Source of the DNA: a virus
Direction: 5' to 3' (one strand)
Virus record (IMG/VR): IMGVR_UViG_3300009152_000041
Coordinates: 1,901 to 65,900 of that record
Length of the DNA stretch: 64,000 nt
The stretch's first letter is position 1. Every line of letters starts with the position of its first letter. The notes beneath the pieces are model-generated. The model saw nothing but the letters and a program-made list of their open reading frames with translations. It searched no databases and was not told the DNA's origin. This document shows, piece by piece, positions 42,701-55,608 of the stretch. Made by a program: the position numbers and the translations under genes.

Positions 42701-45662
42701 TTCAGCTATTTCTTCTTCAGTCATAGTTAGTAGTGATCCACCTTGCCCTGGCTTAAGTCTAGAAACTAGACCTTGATCTAATTCTGTTATATTTAAGAAA
42801 TCTTTATCAGCCAAACCGTAACGACCATTTAACTTAGCTAAAGAAATACTTCTTTTGCCATAATTAAATCCGTTCCTTCCCACCTTCTCCAACTCTAAGC
42901 AAACTAACTATTGCTTTTTCAACCTCTTCTTGCTGCATACCAACTGGCTTATACATATTTGCTGCTTTTGTATTTCCATTAACTAAAGAATTAATATATT
43001 TAATTATTTTTTCTTCGTTACTTAAATTTGCTATTTCCTCAGCGCTGGCTGGATTTGCAACAGTTGAGATTCTACCAAACTTATCCATTGATATTTCTTC
43101 GGATACTGCATCGGTTAGTCTTCTGAATCTGTCGCCCATTAAGTTGTCTGAGCCAAAAGTTCTTCTTATTGTAGCGTCATCTAAAACTGGTGCCATGAGT
43201 GCAAATTCTTGAGGTCCAGTTGGTTGACGCCATGCAAATGAAACTAACCTTCTATTGTTTTCACTATCTGTTACATAATGTAAATTTGTTATAAATTTGT
43301 CGTCCAAGTCAAAACCACCAGCAGATTCATATATACCCAATCCAGCAGCAGAAGCTCTATCTCCAACTATCATTTTATGTCCGCCTTCACCAGCAAATCT
43401 ATATCTAAACATATCTAACTCTTGCCCACCCTTTAAAGATATATTTGCTTTTGTAGAAAACTCAGCCCCAGCTTCACCTATTACTGGAGATTGACCAGCT
43501 GTTCCATATCTAAATTCTGTATCAATTGCGCTTCTATTGCTGAATGGTAAACTTGGTAATGATAAACTCTCAGTAACTTCTCTGCCATTAGCGCCTATTG
43601 TGCGATACTGTTTAGCAATGCCTCTGTAATGCTCCCTGGCCGATATATCTACTATTTGGTTTGCTAATTCAGGAATGTTTCTTGGATTTTCTCCACTTAA
43701 TAATCTGGACTGCAATTGCAGTGCGTTGTCTCTATATCTTGCTGCATTAGAATATGATTTAAAATGAAGATTTTCCCAATCATCAACATTTATAGATGCC
43801 GCTCTGTCTATACTTCTTTTAACTCTAGATGTTATAGTTCCACTAGTTTTAAATTGTTCTAAATCAGATTCAAGGAATTGTCTAGTTTTTCTTACTTCTT
43901 TTGCTAATTGAGATCCATAAACTTCACGATGGAATATTAAACCTTGTAAGTCGGCAACGACTGCTTCATTAGGGCGACCAGAAAACATAGACATTGTTAC
44001 GGCTTGTCCAGCGCCAGGACTTAATCCTTGAGCTGCTGCTCTACCAAGTGTTACTTCACCTTTTAAAAGCTCATTTGAGCCAGCTCCAATATACCCAAGT
44101 TTAGCTAAAGCTCTAGTTACGTCTGTATCCATTATATCCGCTACTGCTTTTGCTTGACCTATATCTCCTTCCATTAACACTCTCAAAGTTTGATCATCTA
44201 AAGATTTTATTTTTCCAGATGGATCAACAAATTGAGATAGTTGTTTTTTCCATTCTGTAACGCTAGCTTTTAATTTTTGCGCAGATGCTGGATCAAGACT
44301 AGACATTCTTTCTGGCAGCAGCTGCGCTTGAGCGTTGTCTATTTTTGCTGTTAATTCTTCTGCGTGGTGTCTAAAGAAATCAACGCCCATTACTGACGAA
44401 CCGTCTGTTATTCTTTTCATTTCATCAAATGAAGTTGCCATTCTTCGATATACAGCTCTATCTGCATCTGATAGTGTAGTGTCTTTAGCTTTTTCTGAAA
44501 TTAAACTAGTTAAGTCTTTAAGCCTAAATGGATTTCCTTCTGTTCTAGACTTTTCAAATGATTGTCTAACTAATTGACCAAACTTTTCATAATTTTCCTC
44601 ACCACCCATGTAGGCTTTCAATGTTCCAGATAGATAATCTTGGGACAATGAACCCATTATTATATTAGTACCTTGGCGCTGTCTTTGCATTGCTAATCGT
44701 TCAACTGGATCACTTATTGATTTCAATAAACTATCCGTGTATTCTGATTCTAAGCCAAATCCTTTTAGGACTGTTTCTAGTCTACCATCATAGGTTAACC
44801 AACTTTGACTCAATGTCATTGGAGAAGCTCCAGCAAACTCCTCTGTCATCTCTGTACCTATTCTATTCAAAATTGTATCAACATCATCTTGACCAACTAC
44901 AAAGTTTCTACCACTAGTAGATGCTGTTATTCTTTTATCTGATTTTTGAAAAAATGATCCAACTTTAAATTCTGCTGGAGTATCAAGATCTGGATCAAAG
45001 GCTTTTACTATTGCTGATGGATTAAAGAATCCAGCTTTATATCTATTGGTTAAAGATATAGCCTCTTCGCCAGTTAAGTACGCATACTTACCAGGTTCAG
45101 TCTCATACCTAAAACTAAGCATTGTTGCGCTTCCGTCTCTTACTGAAACTAATCCTGGTGCTAAATCGTTTTCCCCTACTTTGTGCCCCATTAGTGCAGC
45201 AATATTATCAAATGCTCCACGAGTACTTTCGTCTACTCCAGAAAAATTAAATTTGACCATTTCCAATTGCTTACCAGCTGGTATAAAATCAAGATCACTA
45301 CTTCTAGTTCCTGATAGCCCAAAGTTAATATTAGAAATCATTTCACTAAGAACTTTATTTTCTTCTAAAGCTGGAAAATCTATTCCTGGAATACCAGTAA
45401 ATACTGCCATTTCTTCTGCTCGCGTAGCTCTTATATTAGATAGCGCTTCTCTTACTGTAGATCCAGCGACCTCTCCAGTAATGCTAGAAAGTAGCTCATT
45501 GCCTGGACCTAATCTAGCAAGACCTTTTTGTACTACATCTGAGCTTTCTAATAACGCTCGCGATAAATGTCTACTCTCTTTTCCAACAAATGACATTGGA
45601 TTTGCCCTATAAGGACCATAAGCCAAATCTCTAAGTCTTTGATAGTCTGAAACTTTAGCCAT
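39742..45662 (-). CDS. Giant internal/tape-measure-region protein, about 1972 aa, two +1 shifts at CGG (42870-42872 and 39836-39838)
   Basis: Track gives 932 aa + 1031 aa. Junction 1 RVGEGGKE-[CGGA]-FNYGKRSISLAKLNGRYGLADKD. Junction 2 QMEQFMSRA-[CGGA]-LVTNGNVQGTMHNSLPSLGRNPYDDIAGSF-stop. Length 5921 nt = 3n+2. Confidence 0.75.
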
Positions 45663-48600
45663 TATCTAACTCCAGCCATAATATTTACAGAACCAGGATT
45701 AGTGTTATTCATAGTTGGAGATATGTTTCCATTTATTCCCATATCAAACATAAGTCTTTGTAATTTAGATCTAACATCTTCTGCAGAAGAATTACTTTGC
45801 CCAAACTTTGGGTAACTAGGATTAACCAAGTTTGCTTCTTTTACTTGTTGTGGGAAGAAACCCATTTGTGACATTTCAAGACCCATTGACTGACCCATTT
45901 TTATCTTTACGTGTTCCATATTTGTATTTGGATGCCATATTTCAGAACCAGCAGCAGGTAGTTCATGCCTAGTGAAGTAATTAACCAAATCTGGTTTTCT
46001 CTCTACCGGCATACCCCAAGCGGCTTCGTAAATTCTTCTTTCTAATCTTCCAGCAGTAGAAAGTATCCTTCCTCTTTCTTCTTCTGGAGCTTCGATCATT
46101 GCTTTAAAGTGATCTCTTTTTCTTTTAGGAATTGATGCTGCTAATTGGCTAATTGATTTACTGTCTAAATCTGCTCCATACATTGTTCTTTTACTTGCAG
46201 CCATAAACTGTTTAGCAGATTCTATGTCGCCAATTCTTTCAGCTCTTGATGCGGCTGTTCTGTTTTTAACATAAGTTAAAATATCTGTATATTCTTCGAG
46301 TGCTAATTCTTTCTTTCTTTGTAAAGGTATGAATCTTTCTCTTTGACCACTAGGACCTATTGGTCTGGTTTGCTCTTTTGCTTTTCTAAAAGCAGAATAA
46401 CCACCTACTGTAGTTGCACCGAATGCAGCTAAGCCCTTTATCATTCTTCTAGAGTTACCAAAAGCTCCAAAGGCTATAGCTCCAACACCAGCAGCTATAA
46501 GAGGATTTCTTTGTGTACCTTTTGCATAAATTGGTTTAATAAAGCTTTCAACTGGTCTTTGCCATTCCGGAAATGTGGAACCATAAACGTTTCTTCTTTC
46601 CCAATCTTCGGTAGCGGTTCTTTCTCCAAAAAATTTATTATTAATAAAGTTGTCAGTGTGTCTAAGTTTATTGGTTATAGTTGAAAAAGGATTTAAAACT
46701 TTTTTAGCAGTGGAGGAATTGTCGTAGGGACTAAAGCCAGTCTTACTATCTTCTATTGCATTTAATTGGGCTCTAATCTTACCAACTTTAGCTATCTCTT
46801 GTTCCGAGAGACCTATTTTATCTATACTTCTATTAAGGGCTCTAAACTCTTTTGAATATGGCGCGACATCAGCCAATATATCTAATTGATTAACTGCACC
46901 ATATCTTCCATTTTTATCAGAATATAATTTATTAAATCTTTCATAGCCAACACCAGGTAACCTTAGTTCACCTTCTTTTACTTTTGTAAAAGGATCACCT
47001 GTAGTAAAGTCTATAAAGTTATCATTTCCTGGAAGGAATGTATTTTCTCTTCCCATCCTATTTTTAATAGGGTTAATAAAATTAACATTTGTTCTTTCTT
47101 TTGGAACAAATCTTCTTACAACTTCAGATATTTCTATATTACCTAACGCGCCATCAGACTGAAGAGGTAAGTCACCTAAACCTCCAATGTTAAGATCCCA
47201 GAAAGCTCTAGTTGAACCATAAGCTTTGGAGGCTGATTGAAGTACTGATTTATTTGGTTCAAAGTCATACTCTCCAAGACCTAAACCTTTTCTAATATTA
47301 CCAGCTGCAAAACCATAGATACCAAGAGTTTCCTGAAGTCTATATCCAGCTTCACCGCCTAAATATTTTCCACTAGTAGTTCTAATAGGCAACCCAGCGT
47401 TGACAATCTTTGCTGGCATTATTCCAGGTCCAGCTGGAGGACCATATACTATACCCTGGCCGTTGATTGCTGATTGATTCATACTGCTAGCAGCAGCTCT
47501 TACCATACCCGCTGCTGTATTGGTTGAACCAGATTGTTGAGAAAGATTACGATTTGAATTAGCTATTAAACCATTTCCGCCACTAACACTTGCTATGTTA
47601 GATGGTATTGGCCCTGGCATTGCGTTGACTGGGGAAATAAACTTTAATGGTTTCCCACCAAACTTACTTGGTTGAACTGCTGCGTAACTTATATTTGGAT
47701 CTTGATTTCCAACAACGCCAGTATAACCCCTTTGTTCTTGCGGCATGTAAGCTCCACCGGCTCCAACAGGTGAATAAGAAGCTAGTCCAGCAAGAACTTC
47801 TTGTTCATGCATTCTCTTTTGCGGTTTAAGTATTTTACCTACAGTAGCGTTAAGTATTGGTACAGCTATACCAAATGGACCAGAAAAATATTCTCCAGTT
47901 ATTGGATATGGCCTATCTTCGTAATGTTTTCTTTCAAATCTATATGGATCAATTGGCCTTAGTGGAGAAAAGTCATTATAGAACATCAACTTTTCCATTG
48001 GACTTCCGTAAGTGTCGGAAGTGAACATTGCTCCACCCTGGAACCTTCTATACCAAGAAGGTCTAAAGTACTCTATTTTTCCACCTTCAAATTTTGTTGT
48101 GCCTAAAGACCAGAATCTACCTTTTCTTATAGCTACTTCTCCATGAAGCATCTGCTCTTTCTTTTGGCGATACGTCATTCCACCTGGAGTTAAACCAGCT
48201 AATGCAGATTGAGCTTCTACACCAGCTCTAGCTACTCCTCCAAGCAACATTGGAGAATATACTCTTTCACCTCTGTCGTCTTTCTTATTAGCGTAACCAC
48301 CAGCTGTTCTATCTACAGCTAAAACTGTTGCTCCAATTGCTACAGCTGGAAGAACTCTTTCAGCGTTCATTCCTCTCATGTATAAATCTAATGGACCATA
48401 AAAATGGTCTGCGTCTAATTTTGCGCCAACTGAACCAAAGAATTTATTTAATCTATTAAAACCATGAGAAACTGGAACCGAAGCTAAAGAAAAACCTTTT
48501 TCATTTCCATAAGTATGCACACCAGATGCGCTTAAGAATGCCGCTTTTCTTCCACCTTCTCTTTCTGCTGCGGTTGAAAAAGTTGGTATATAACTAAAGC

Positions 48601-51600
48601 CTGCATCTTTTTGACCAGAAAATGCAGATACTTTTGCTTCTGGAACGTACTTGCCCATTCCAAAGTTTTTCTTAAAATAAGGATGAATTTTGCCTAATGG
48701 GTTTAAAGAACTTGTGGAAGCACTTACTGAAGTTCCAGAAGTAAATGGATCTAATGAAGATGAAACTGTTCCATGGTTTAATATTTCTCTAGATCTTAAA
48801 AATCTCTCTAACGGATTTCCTATTACTCCGTTCTTAACCCCTCTTCCAAATTGATAAGTTTCAAAAGCTCCTAAGTTAAATATATTTCCAGCAACTGCAG
48901 CTTGTGCTTCTGCCTTTTCTGAACTTGATATTACTCCCTTAGAAACTAAATCATCAATTGCGCCAATTACTTCTTGTATCGTTGACGCGCTGTCTGGCGC
49001 GTTGAGACCGTGTCTTTGTGTAAGATATCTTATAACTTCAGATCTATATTCATCAGCTCTAGAAACAATACTTGATGAATGTTCGAACATTTGAGATTGA
49101 GCAGAAAAGTCATTTATGCCTTCAAATTTTCTTAATCTACTAAATGCTTTTCTAGTACTCTTGTATGCTTCTTGTGCTTGTTTGTCGTGTCCAGCGGCTT
49201 TAAATAGATTTTCTAGATCTTTTTCAAACATCTTATTAACGCTGCGCACACCGACTACATCACTAACGCCCATAATTGCACTATTTAGATCTGCACTATT
49301 TAAAGAAGTGGCTTTTCCTAGTGCACTATTGTCTAATAAGTGTTGTGCAACTTTTCTACTTGTTCCAAAGTTTGTTGTAGTGTTAGCAAATCTAGTAAAT
49401 GATTCCATTAATTGACTATGATTTGCTATTAGTTTATCTGTTTCGTGATCAAATAAACTAAATGCTTCTGTTTTAGCATCCTGTCTGAGAACTAATTTTT
49501 TAGATTTACCAACTCCGCCAATCGTAAATGGTGTATCTAATTCACTCTTTAATAAACCGCCCATCACGGCTTCGTTATTTATATCAGCTTGTCTATTTAC
49601 TAACCTGCCAAAAAATCTAAATAAAGAATTTTCTTGTTCGGTATCGTAATCTAATCTTTCTTTTACTTTGCCTAAAAATCCTGTTGCCGTACGTGATTGT
49701 GTAACTCTTTTTCCAGCTGCTAGTTCAGCTGTAGTTGCAATCATTCCAGAAGAATTTACTGGAAGTGGTCTATAAGACCCTGCCATTGCTTGTGCTGTAA
49801 CGGGACCTTCAGCTGTAGCAGTGTGTGCAAAAAGTTTTCCTTTTGTTCCTAAAAATCCCCCAGTGCTATGCCAAGTGTAGAAGTCAGCTTCAGCTCCATC
49901 TAAGAATGGATGCATTGCCCTACCTGGTGTTAGCTGAAAACTTCCAGCTTTAGACATTCCAATGAAGTCTTTGAGACCAAACATCTGCAATGGGTTTACG
50001 TTAATTACTGGAATTTTTGTTTCAGTTCCAATAACTTCTAAAGCTTTTCTAGCTCCAGTTTTAATTGGGTTAAAGTTTACTGTAGTTCCACCAATGTTAA
50101 AATAGCCTCTAACATCACTTAATGTTTGGCCGTGTCTTTCAAGAGCACCTATTCCAAGCGTTCTAACTAATTCTGCTTTTTTTCCAACTATTAGATTTTG
50201 AGTTGCAGTAGATGAACCAGCGCCTTTTCCTAAAACGCTAGTTAATCTTCCATGAATTTTTTCTTCTTGATCTAAGAAACTATCAAGCTTTAACCCAGAA
50301 AGACCAAAGAATCCCGCTATGCCAGAACTAGATGTTTCTTTCATTGCGTTATTATTTATTAAGTAAGCTCTTAATTGCGCTGGATTATTAGGATCTATTC
50401 CTCTTAATCTTAGTTCGTTAAATATACTTTCTTGAGTACCATTGGTGTTGATTCCTAAAATATTTGCTGCGCGTGTTGTCAAAGTTCTTTGCGCTTGAGC
50501 CCCATTGTTTTCTGTAAAAGATTTATTTAAAAAATCTCCTCTAAATAATTTTGCTGGTGACAACACTGATGTAGAAGCAGCGTCTTGAAAAGCGCCTCCA
50601 ATAGAGTTTCTATAAGCATCGATTGCTAAATCATCTGCGCCAAGCAAAGGATTCTGCATAAACAATTGATCGACCGATCCAATTGATCCAGATAATTGAT
50701 CTCCAGTTATTGATATGTTACGTCCAGAAGCAACTTTGCTTGAGTTAAACCTATCTATAATGTCTTGAAAAAATGTTTCACCATTTTGCAATCTTTCGCT
50801 ACCAGCAATAGAAATTCTGTTAACTGGAGCAACTGGTAAATAATTACCATTAAGGTCGGTCTTTACGGCTCTTTCGGATATATCTAAATTATTTGTAAAG
50901 AATTTTGCCGCCTTCTTATCCATCCCATGGTCTGTAACTAAAGATTGAGTTAATCTATCTTTATACTCTTTTTGATGAAGTAGGTAAGAAATATTTTCTT
51001 TACTTGTTTGTTTATTATATTGTTGAACTAAATTAGATAGTGGTGAAGTTCTTCTAAGTTGAATCTTGTCTATTGATGATCTTATTATTTCGTTTACTGG
51101 TTGGTCAGAAGAATTAACACCTAGTTTATTTACCCTTCTAATATCATCTTTGATTACATTGAATCTTGAGTTTAGATTGTTTGTATCAATAATTTCTTGT
51201 GCGTAACCTAAGTTTTTATATTCTTTATAACCTTGTATTAAACCTTGCCTTACGGCTTTATAACCAGGTATAAGTTCAAGTAAATCTCGATTTTGAGTAA
51301 TGCCTACATTGTTCTTATTGTAAATGTCTCTAGCTAAATTTGTTCCAGTTTTTAACCTAGAAGATACTGTTGCTGGTGCGGTTACAGCTCCATGTCTTTG
51401 TCTGTACAAAGTTCCAACTGGATTATTATCAGTTCCACTTGCCCCTAAGAATGCGGATGCTAAAGCACCTGAAGATCTTTCTCCAAATTTAACACTCTTA
51501 TCAAATACAGAAGCTAAATCATGACCAACTTCTTGAAGGGCACCTTGTAGGTTTAATCCTCTTCTAAATATTTGTTCTTTAAAATTACCTACAGTTTGTG

Positions 51601-52446
51601 CTGCTCCGCGTTCAACTTGATCTTGTATTCTTTGTTCTGCGGTTTTAAAGAAATTTATTGAACTACCTTTTGCTGCGCCTGCTGCAGCAGCAGGTAGCAT
51701 AAAGCCACCCATTTGAAATAGTGTTGTTTTAGCTAAGTCTTTGGCTAGGTCTATTCCCCTAGTTGGGTCATACCATTTCTTTTTTGGGCCACCATCTTCC
51801 TCTGCGCCACCAAATAAAGGCTTAGTTATAAATTTATCTGCTGCGTAAAAAGCTGGAACTTCATAAGGAAGTCTTCTAGCCTGTCTAACTAACCTTTGCT
51901 GGAAATCATCACGCCATGCCCACTTGCCTACTTTAGATAAACTACCTCTGCTTACAACAGAATCAATGCCCTCTCTCTCAAAAGAATACCCTGCATTGAC
52001 TACGCTTTTTGCGCCGTCGTAACCAGTTTCATACATGCCTTTTACGGATGTACCATTTACAACTGATTCAAATACTAAACTCTTTCTTCCAGCTGCACTT
52101 CTAGATACACCTTCTAGCTCATCTAGAATGGACCTCATCTTTAAGAGTCCACTGTGTGCTTTTGTTATAGCACTTGTTCTTCCAGCAGCCTCTATTTCCC
52201 CAGCGGCTTGCGTTAACTTATATCCGAAGCTTTAGTCCCTGACCTCTAACTAACTTACCTGCAACTGTTGCAGCAACTCCTGTTGCAACTAGGGCAGCGC
52301 CCATCTTTAGCATTGGGTTGCCATCTAGAGCTCTTGATACAAAACCAGAGTCTGGGCTTAAACCATTTTCTTGATTTTGTCCGACCAAGATCTCGGGAGG
52401 TTACATTGTGACCAATATTGTGAATTGGTCCATTGTCTCTTAACAT
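45662..52446 (-). CDS. Giant tail tape-measure-like protein, about 2260 aa, two +1 shifts at CGG (52381-52383 and 52224-52226)
   Basis: Strong SD AAGGGGGTGAAAAATG at 52446. MLRDNGPIHNIGHNVTSRDLG-[CGGA]-QNQENGLSPDSGFVSRALDGNPMLKMGAALVATGVAATVAGKLVRGQGLKL-[CGGA]-YKLTQAAGEIEAAGRTSAITKAHSGLLKMRSILDELEGV... then the 2158-aa ORF. Length 6785 nt = 3n+2. Located just after the chaperone genes. Confidence 0.75.
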
Positions 52447-52462
52447 TTTTCACCCCCTTATT

Positions 52463-53096
52463 TTATCTACCCATACCCCAAAGTTTTTGAGCAATGGGGT
52501 CACTATATGTTGCTGATCCCTCTAACTTAGAAGCATTGTGTCTTGCAGCTGATTGAGCTTCTTTTTGTTTTTCTTCTTCAGGATCTATTAAGGTTAGAGT
52601 TACATCCGTAGATTCTATTCCAGCTATAGCCTGTTTAACTTCGATGATCCTTTCAGCTAGTGCAACCCTTTCAGCCAATTGAGAGTAGGTCAAACCGTCT
52701 AAAAACTCTGGAGTATCTGTATGTATAGTAGCTAGAACAAAGGCTTTCATTAAGCCTCTAACTTGATTAGCTATTTTTCTTTTTTCGTCTAAAACCCTTT
52801 TAGCTATACGGGCAGAAGAAAAACCTGAAAAAGTTATAATCTGTTCTGCTAAAGCTGTGATAGCTCCAGGGGGAAATTTATTAAGGTCAAAATCTAACGG
52901 ATAAACTACGGCTGATTTAATAATCTCATCTTCTGCGTCTGCTGAAGATAATTCAGGGTCGTTTTTATATGCAGCAATCTTATCAAATTCAGCAAACGTT
53001 AGTTCTTTAAATACTACTTCAATTCCGTTTAATTTCGGCTTGAAATATTAGACCATGTTTTTGTTTAAGTTCAAACAGTATTCCTGCATCTAACAT
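52463..53096 (-). CDS. Tail assembly chaperone-like protein, 210 aa after +1 shift at CGG (53025-53027)
   Basis: MLDAGILFELKQKHGLIFQAEIK-[CGGA]-IEVVFKELTFAEFDKIAAYKNDPELSSADAEDEIIKSAVVYPLDFDLNKFPPGAITALAEQIITFSGFSSARIAKRVLDEKRKIANQVRGLMKAFVLATIHT... The track shows only the last 95 aa. Length 634 nt = 3n+1. Confidence 0.75.
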
Positions 53097-53097
53097 C

Positions 53098-53646
53098 TTA
53101 GAGCTGTCTTACCTCTAGTGCTACGAATCCAGAAGCTTCCAAAACTTCTTGAGAGATCAATGATGGAAGTCCAGCCATTTCTGCAGTAAGGGAATTCTTG
53201 TCATAAGATGGGAAGAGTATACACAGTTCTGCGATTGCTTCTTCGTTCCACATGTTGGCTTCTGCGTTTGACAGCTGACCAGCAGCTACTAATTGCTCCA
53301 TTTTCTTAACAAGTTGCTTGTATTCAAGTCTGGTTAAAACTCTCCAAACAATGTGCTTATCAAAAGAAATGGAAGTTACATAAACTTCTCCATGTGTTTT
53401 CTTCCAAGCCTTAACTGAACCTGCTGTTGGACCGTTATCAAAGATAACTTGATCGTCAGCCAACTCTTCTACAGTTGTAGCTTCAGAAGGGTCTATACCT
53501 GCGTAGGGAACGTCTTCAACGTCTTTAATCACAATATCACCCTCAACTACATTTTCTGTTTCTACAAAAACTTCAGCGCTATCAGCTGAGAACTTTTCAG
53601 CTGCTTCGCCATCTTTTCTAATAACCACTTTTCTATTCTCGGACAT
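53098..53646 (-). CDS. Tail assembly chaperone-like protein, 182 aa
   Basis: Intact ORF between tube-like and tape-measure-like genes; TRLEYKQLVKKMEQL segment; position typical of chaperones. Confidence 0.45.
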   Translation of the reverse strand: MSENRKVVIRKDGEAAEKFSADSAEVFVETENVVEGDIVIKDVEDVPYAGIDPSEATTVEELADDQVIFDNGPTAGSVKAWKKTHGEVYVTSISFDKHIVWRVLTRLEYKQLVKKMEQLVAAGQLSNAEANMWNEEAIAELCILFPSYDKNSLTAEMAGLPSLISQEVLEASGFVALEVRQL

Positions 53647-53700
53647 TGTTTCTCCTTATATTGTTTCAAGTTACATTATATCATATCTATATTAAAATTA

Positions 53701-54738
53701 TTATCTTGGTAGAGTACTATCGGTCCTGTTAACCAAAGGGCTCTCAACCACTGATTTTGTAGCATTAGAAGCCTGTGGCTCTGTTGTAACGAAGGTCTTA
53801 CCGGTATATGGGTTAAAGCCAGATTCTGCTTCTGTCATGTAAAAGTCTCTCGCCACAAAGCTATAGGTCTCTATCAAAGGAGATCCTCCACTTTGATATT
53901 CTGTGCTCATTTGCATTAGATGCACATTTTGTAAAACAATCTTCATTGGGGTTTTGTTATCAGCCATCTTAACTTTTCGCTCATTTATATCAGTAGATAT
54001 TATCCTGTCCAAGTTGTCTCTCTGCTCTATAGAGGCCGTAGAAGCGTTCTCCGTGACTCCTACGGGGCTTAAACTGGATTCCTCTACCCCATAGACTATA
54101 ACGAAGTTAAATGGAGGATGAGCGCTAAAGATGTTATGTTGGCCATCTGCTGAAGATGTGCTTATTGCTGGATCAGTAGTTATTCTATCTAGCTGACTAT
54201 TGGCCCAATATTTTTGTATATTTTCTTCATCTGTTCTTGATTCATTTTGTGATCTTAAAACAGATACGACTCCAGAGTTATCAGATTTACCCGATGCAGA
54301 GAAGCTTCTAACTCTTGCTGCCTCCTCTAGAAGGTGTGTCATCCTTCTAGGGTATCTTGAGTATAAGGAAAACTGACCAGTTATTATTCTCGATCCATTC
54401 ATCATGGCATCAAAGTTGTATGACCAGAATCCATAGACTGCTTGCTTTTCTTGTTTAATTAAAAAACCAAATCCAGCTATATCTAGTTCATCTTTTGGAT
54501 CGAACAAACCATCGATATATACTTTTACATCTTCACCGGAGAAAAAGTAATCATAATAATTACTAAAACGAGGATCTCCAGTAGTTTTGCCACCAGCCCA
54601 ATAAAGATCTAACTCTGCACTAAGAGGATCAAATGTTCCATTCTTGTTTCCTAGACCAGGATTAGTTGAGACGGTATCCTGATATGGAATATAGCCACTA
54701 AATGGTCTATATGGAACAGCTCTATATGGACTTGTCAT
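53701..54738 (-). CDS. Tail-associated structural protein, 345 aa
   Basis: Intact ORF in the tube cluster. Confidence 0.5.
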   Translation of the reverse strand: MTSPYRAVPYRPFSGYIPYQDTVSTNPGLGNKNGTFDPLSAELDLYWAGGKTTGDPRFSNYYDYFFSGEDVKVYIDGLFDPKDELDIAGFGFLIKQEKQAVYGFWSYNFDAMMNGSRIITGQFSLYSRYPRRMTHLLEEAARVRSFSASGKSDNSGVVSVLRSQNESRTDEENIQKYWANSQLDRITTDPAISTSSADGQHNIFSAHPPFNFVIVYGVEESSLSPVGVTENASTASIEQRDNLDRIISTDINERKVKMADNKTPMKIVLQNVHLMQMSTEYQSGGSPLIETYSFVARDFYMTEAESGFNPYTGKTFVTTEPQASNATKSVVESPLVNRTDSTLPR

Positions 54739-54747
54739 ACTTAAACC

Positions 54748-55521
54748 TTAAACGATTGTAGGCGGTGAATATATTCTTTCAATAAAATTCTTATAATCTT
54801 CGACTCTATCCCCAAAAGCATTTGTTGATATTCTTAATCTCTCGTTTTGTTGAGCCTGATATCCATCTGGGTACCTAAGGTCATCACGAGCCGTATCTAA
54901 TTGTACCAGAGGCTGTAGCCCTCTAGCCATATACGTATAAGTTTGCTCAGTAATTAAGTCGTCTATTGACATAGTACCACCCTCATCCACAAGGGTAACA
55001 CCAAATATTTTCATTTTTGCTGCCAACCCGTATTCGTTAAAGAAGGTAAATACGATATCAAATGGTGGTAACATGTCCGCCAATGGTGCAAAATAGCCCT
55101 TGCTGTCAGAAAGAATTTTTCTATAACTTTCTATTCTATAAAATGCGTACTCGTTAAACTGAGTGAATATCATGCTTCCAGCTATAGTTCTAGCGCCTTT
55201 GACAAATCCTCTTGGATTAACATGACCAAGTGTTCTTACCGGAGAGTTTTCTCTGTGCATTGAATATGATATTGTTTGAAGTTCTGCCATTTCCAGCACA
55301 TCGCCTTCATTGGAAATGAATCCATTTTCTCCAATTTTAGGAATAATGATTGTAGCTGTTATGTCTGCACCAGAAAATGACATATCAGAAAATGGATCTG
55401 GAAGATTATTATTTTTTCTAAATTCTTTTACACTCTCTTCATAGGTGGAGAGTCTATTTTTTCTTGATGATATAGTCGTGAGATTCGCTATATCTGATAC
55501 ATCTTTTTGGTTAAATGCCAT
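54748..55521 (-). CDS. Tail tube-like paralog, 257 aa
   Basis: Shares with the next gene upstream: FSGADI, (R)ENSPVRTLGHVNPRGFVKGARTIAGSMIFTQFNEYAFY, PPFDIVFTFFNEYG, GVTLVDEGGTMSIDDLITEQTYTYMARGLQP. Confidence 0.65.
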   Translation of the reverse strand: MAFNQKDVSDIANLTTISSRKNRLSTYEESVKEFRKNNNLPDPFSDMSFSGADITATIIIPKIGENGFISNEGDVLEMAELQTISYSMHRENSPVRTLGHVNPRGFVKGARTIAGSMIFTQFNEYAFYRIESYRKILSDSKGYFAPLADMLPPFDIVFTFFNEYGLAAKMKIFGVTLVDEGGTMSIDDLITEQTYTYMARGLQPLVQLDTARDDLRYPDGYQAQQNERLRISTNAFGDRVEDYKNFIERIYSPPTIV

Positions 55522-55538
55522 GTTATTCCTTAAAAATA

Positions 55539-55580
55539 AAATAGTGGAGGATTGGTCCTACACCAAGTCCTCCACTATTT
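55539..55580 (-). terminator. Strong intergenic hairpin (terminator/attenuator)
   Basis: Arms aaatagtggagga / tcctccactattt (13 bp) plus inner ttggt / accaa with a 5-nt loop and one bulge. Minus-strand transcript continues TATTTTTAAGGAATAAC before the next ATG. Confidence 0.65.
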
Positions 55581-55608
55581 AATAACTACTATACTTATTT
55601 GATTATAA

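Noticed and set aside
52255-52446. 63-aa cysteine-rich ORF as a stand-alone small protein
   Set aside because: Its C-terminal Cys-rich part is the out-of-frame shadow of a better +1 coding segment; only the first 21 codons are likely used.
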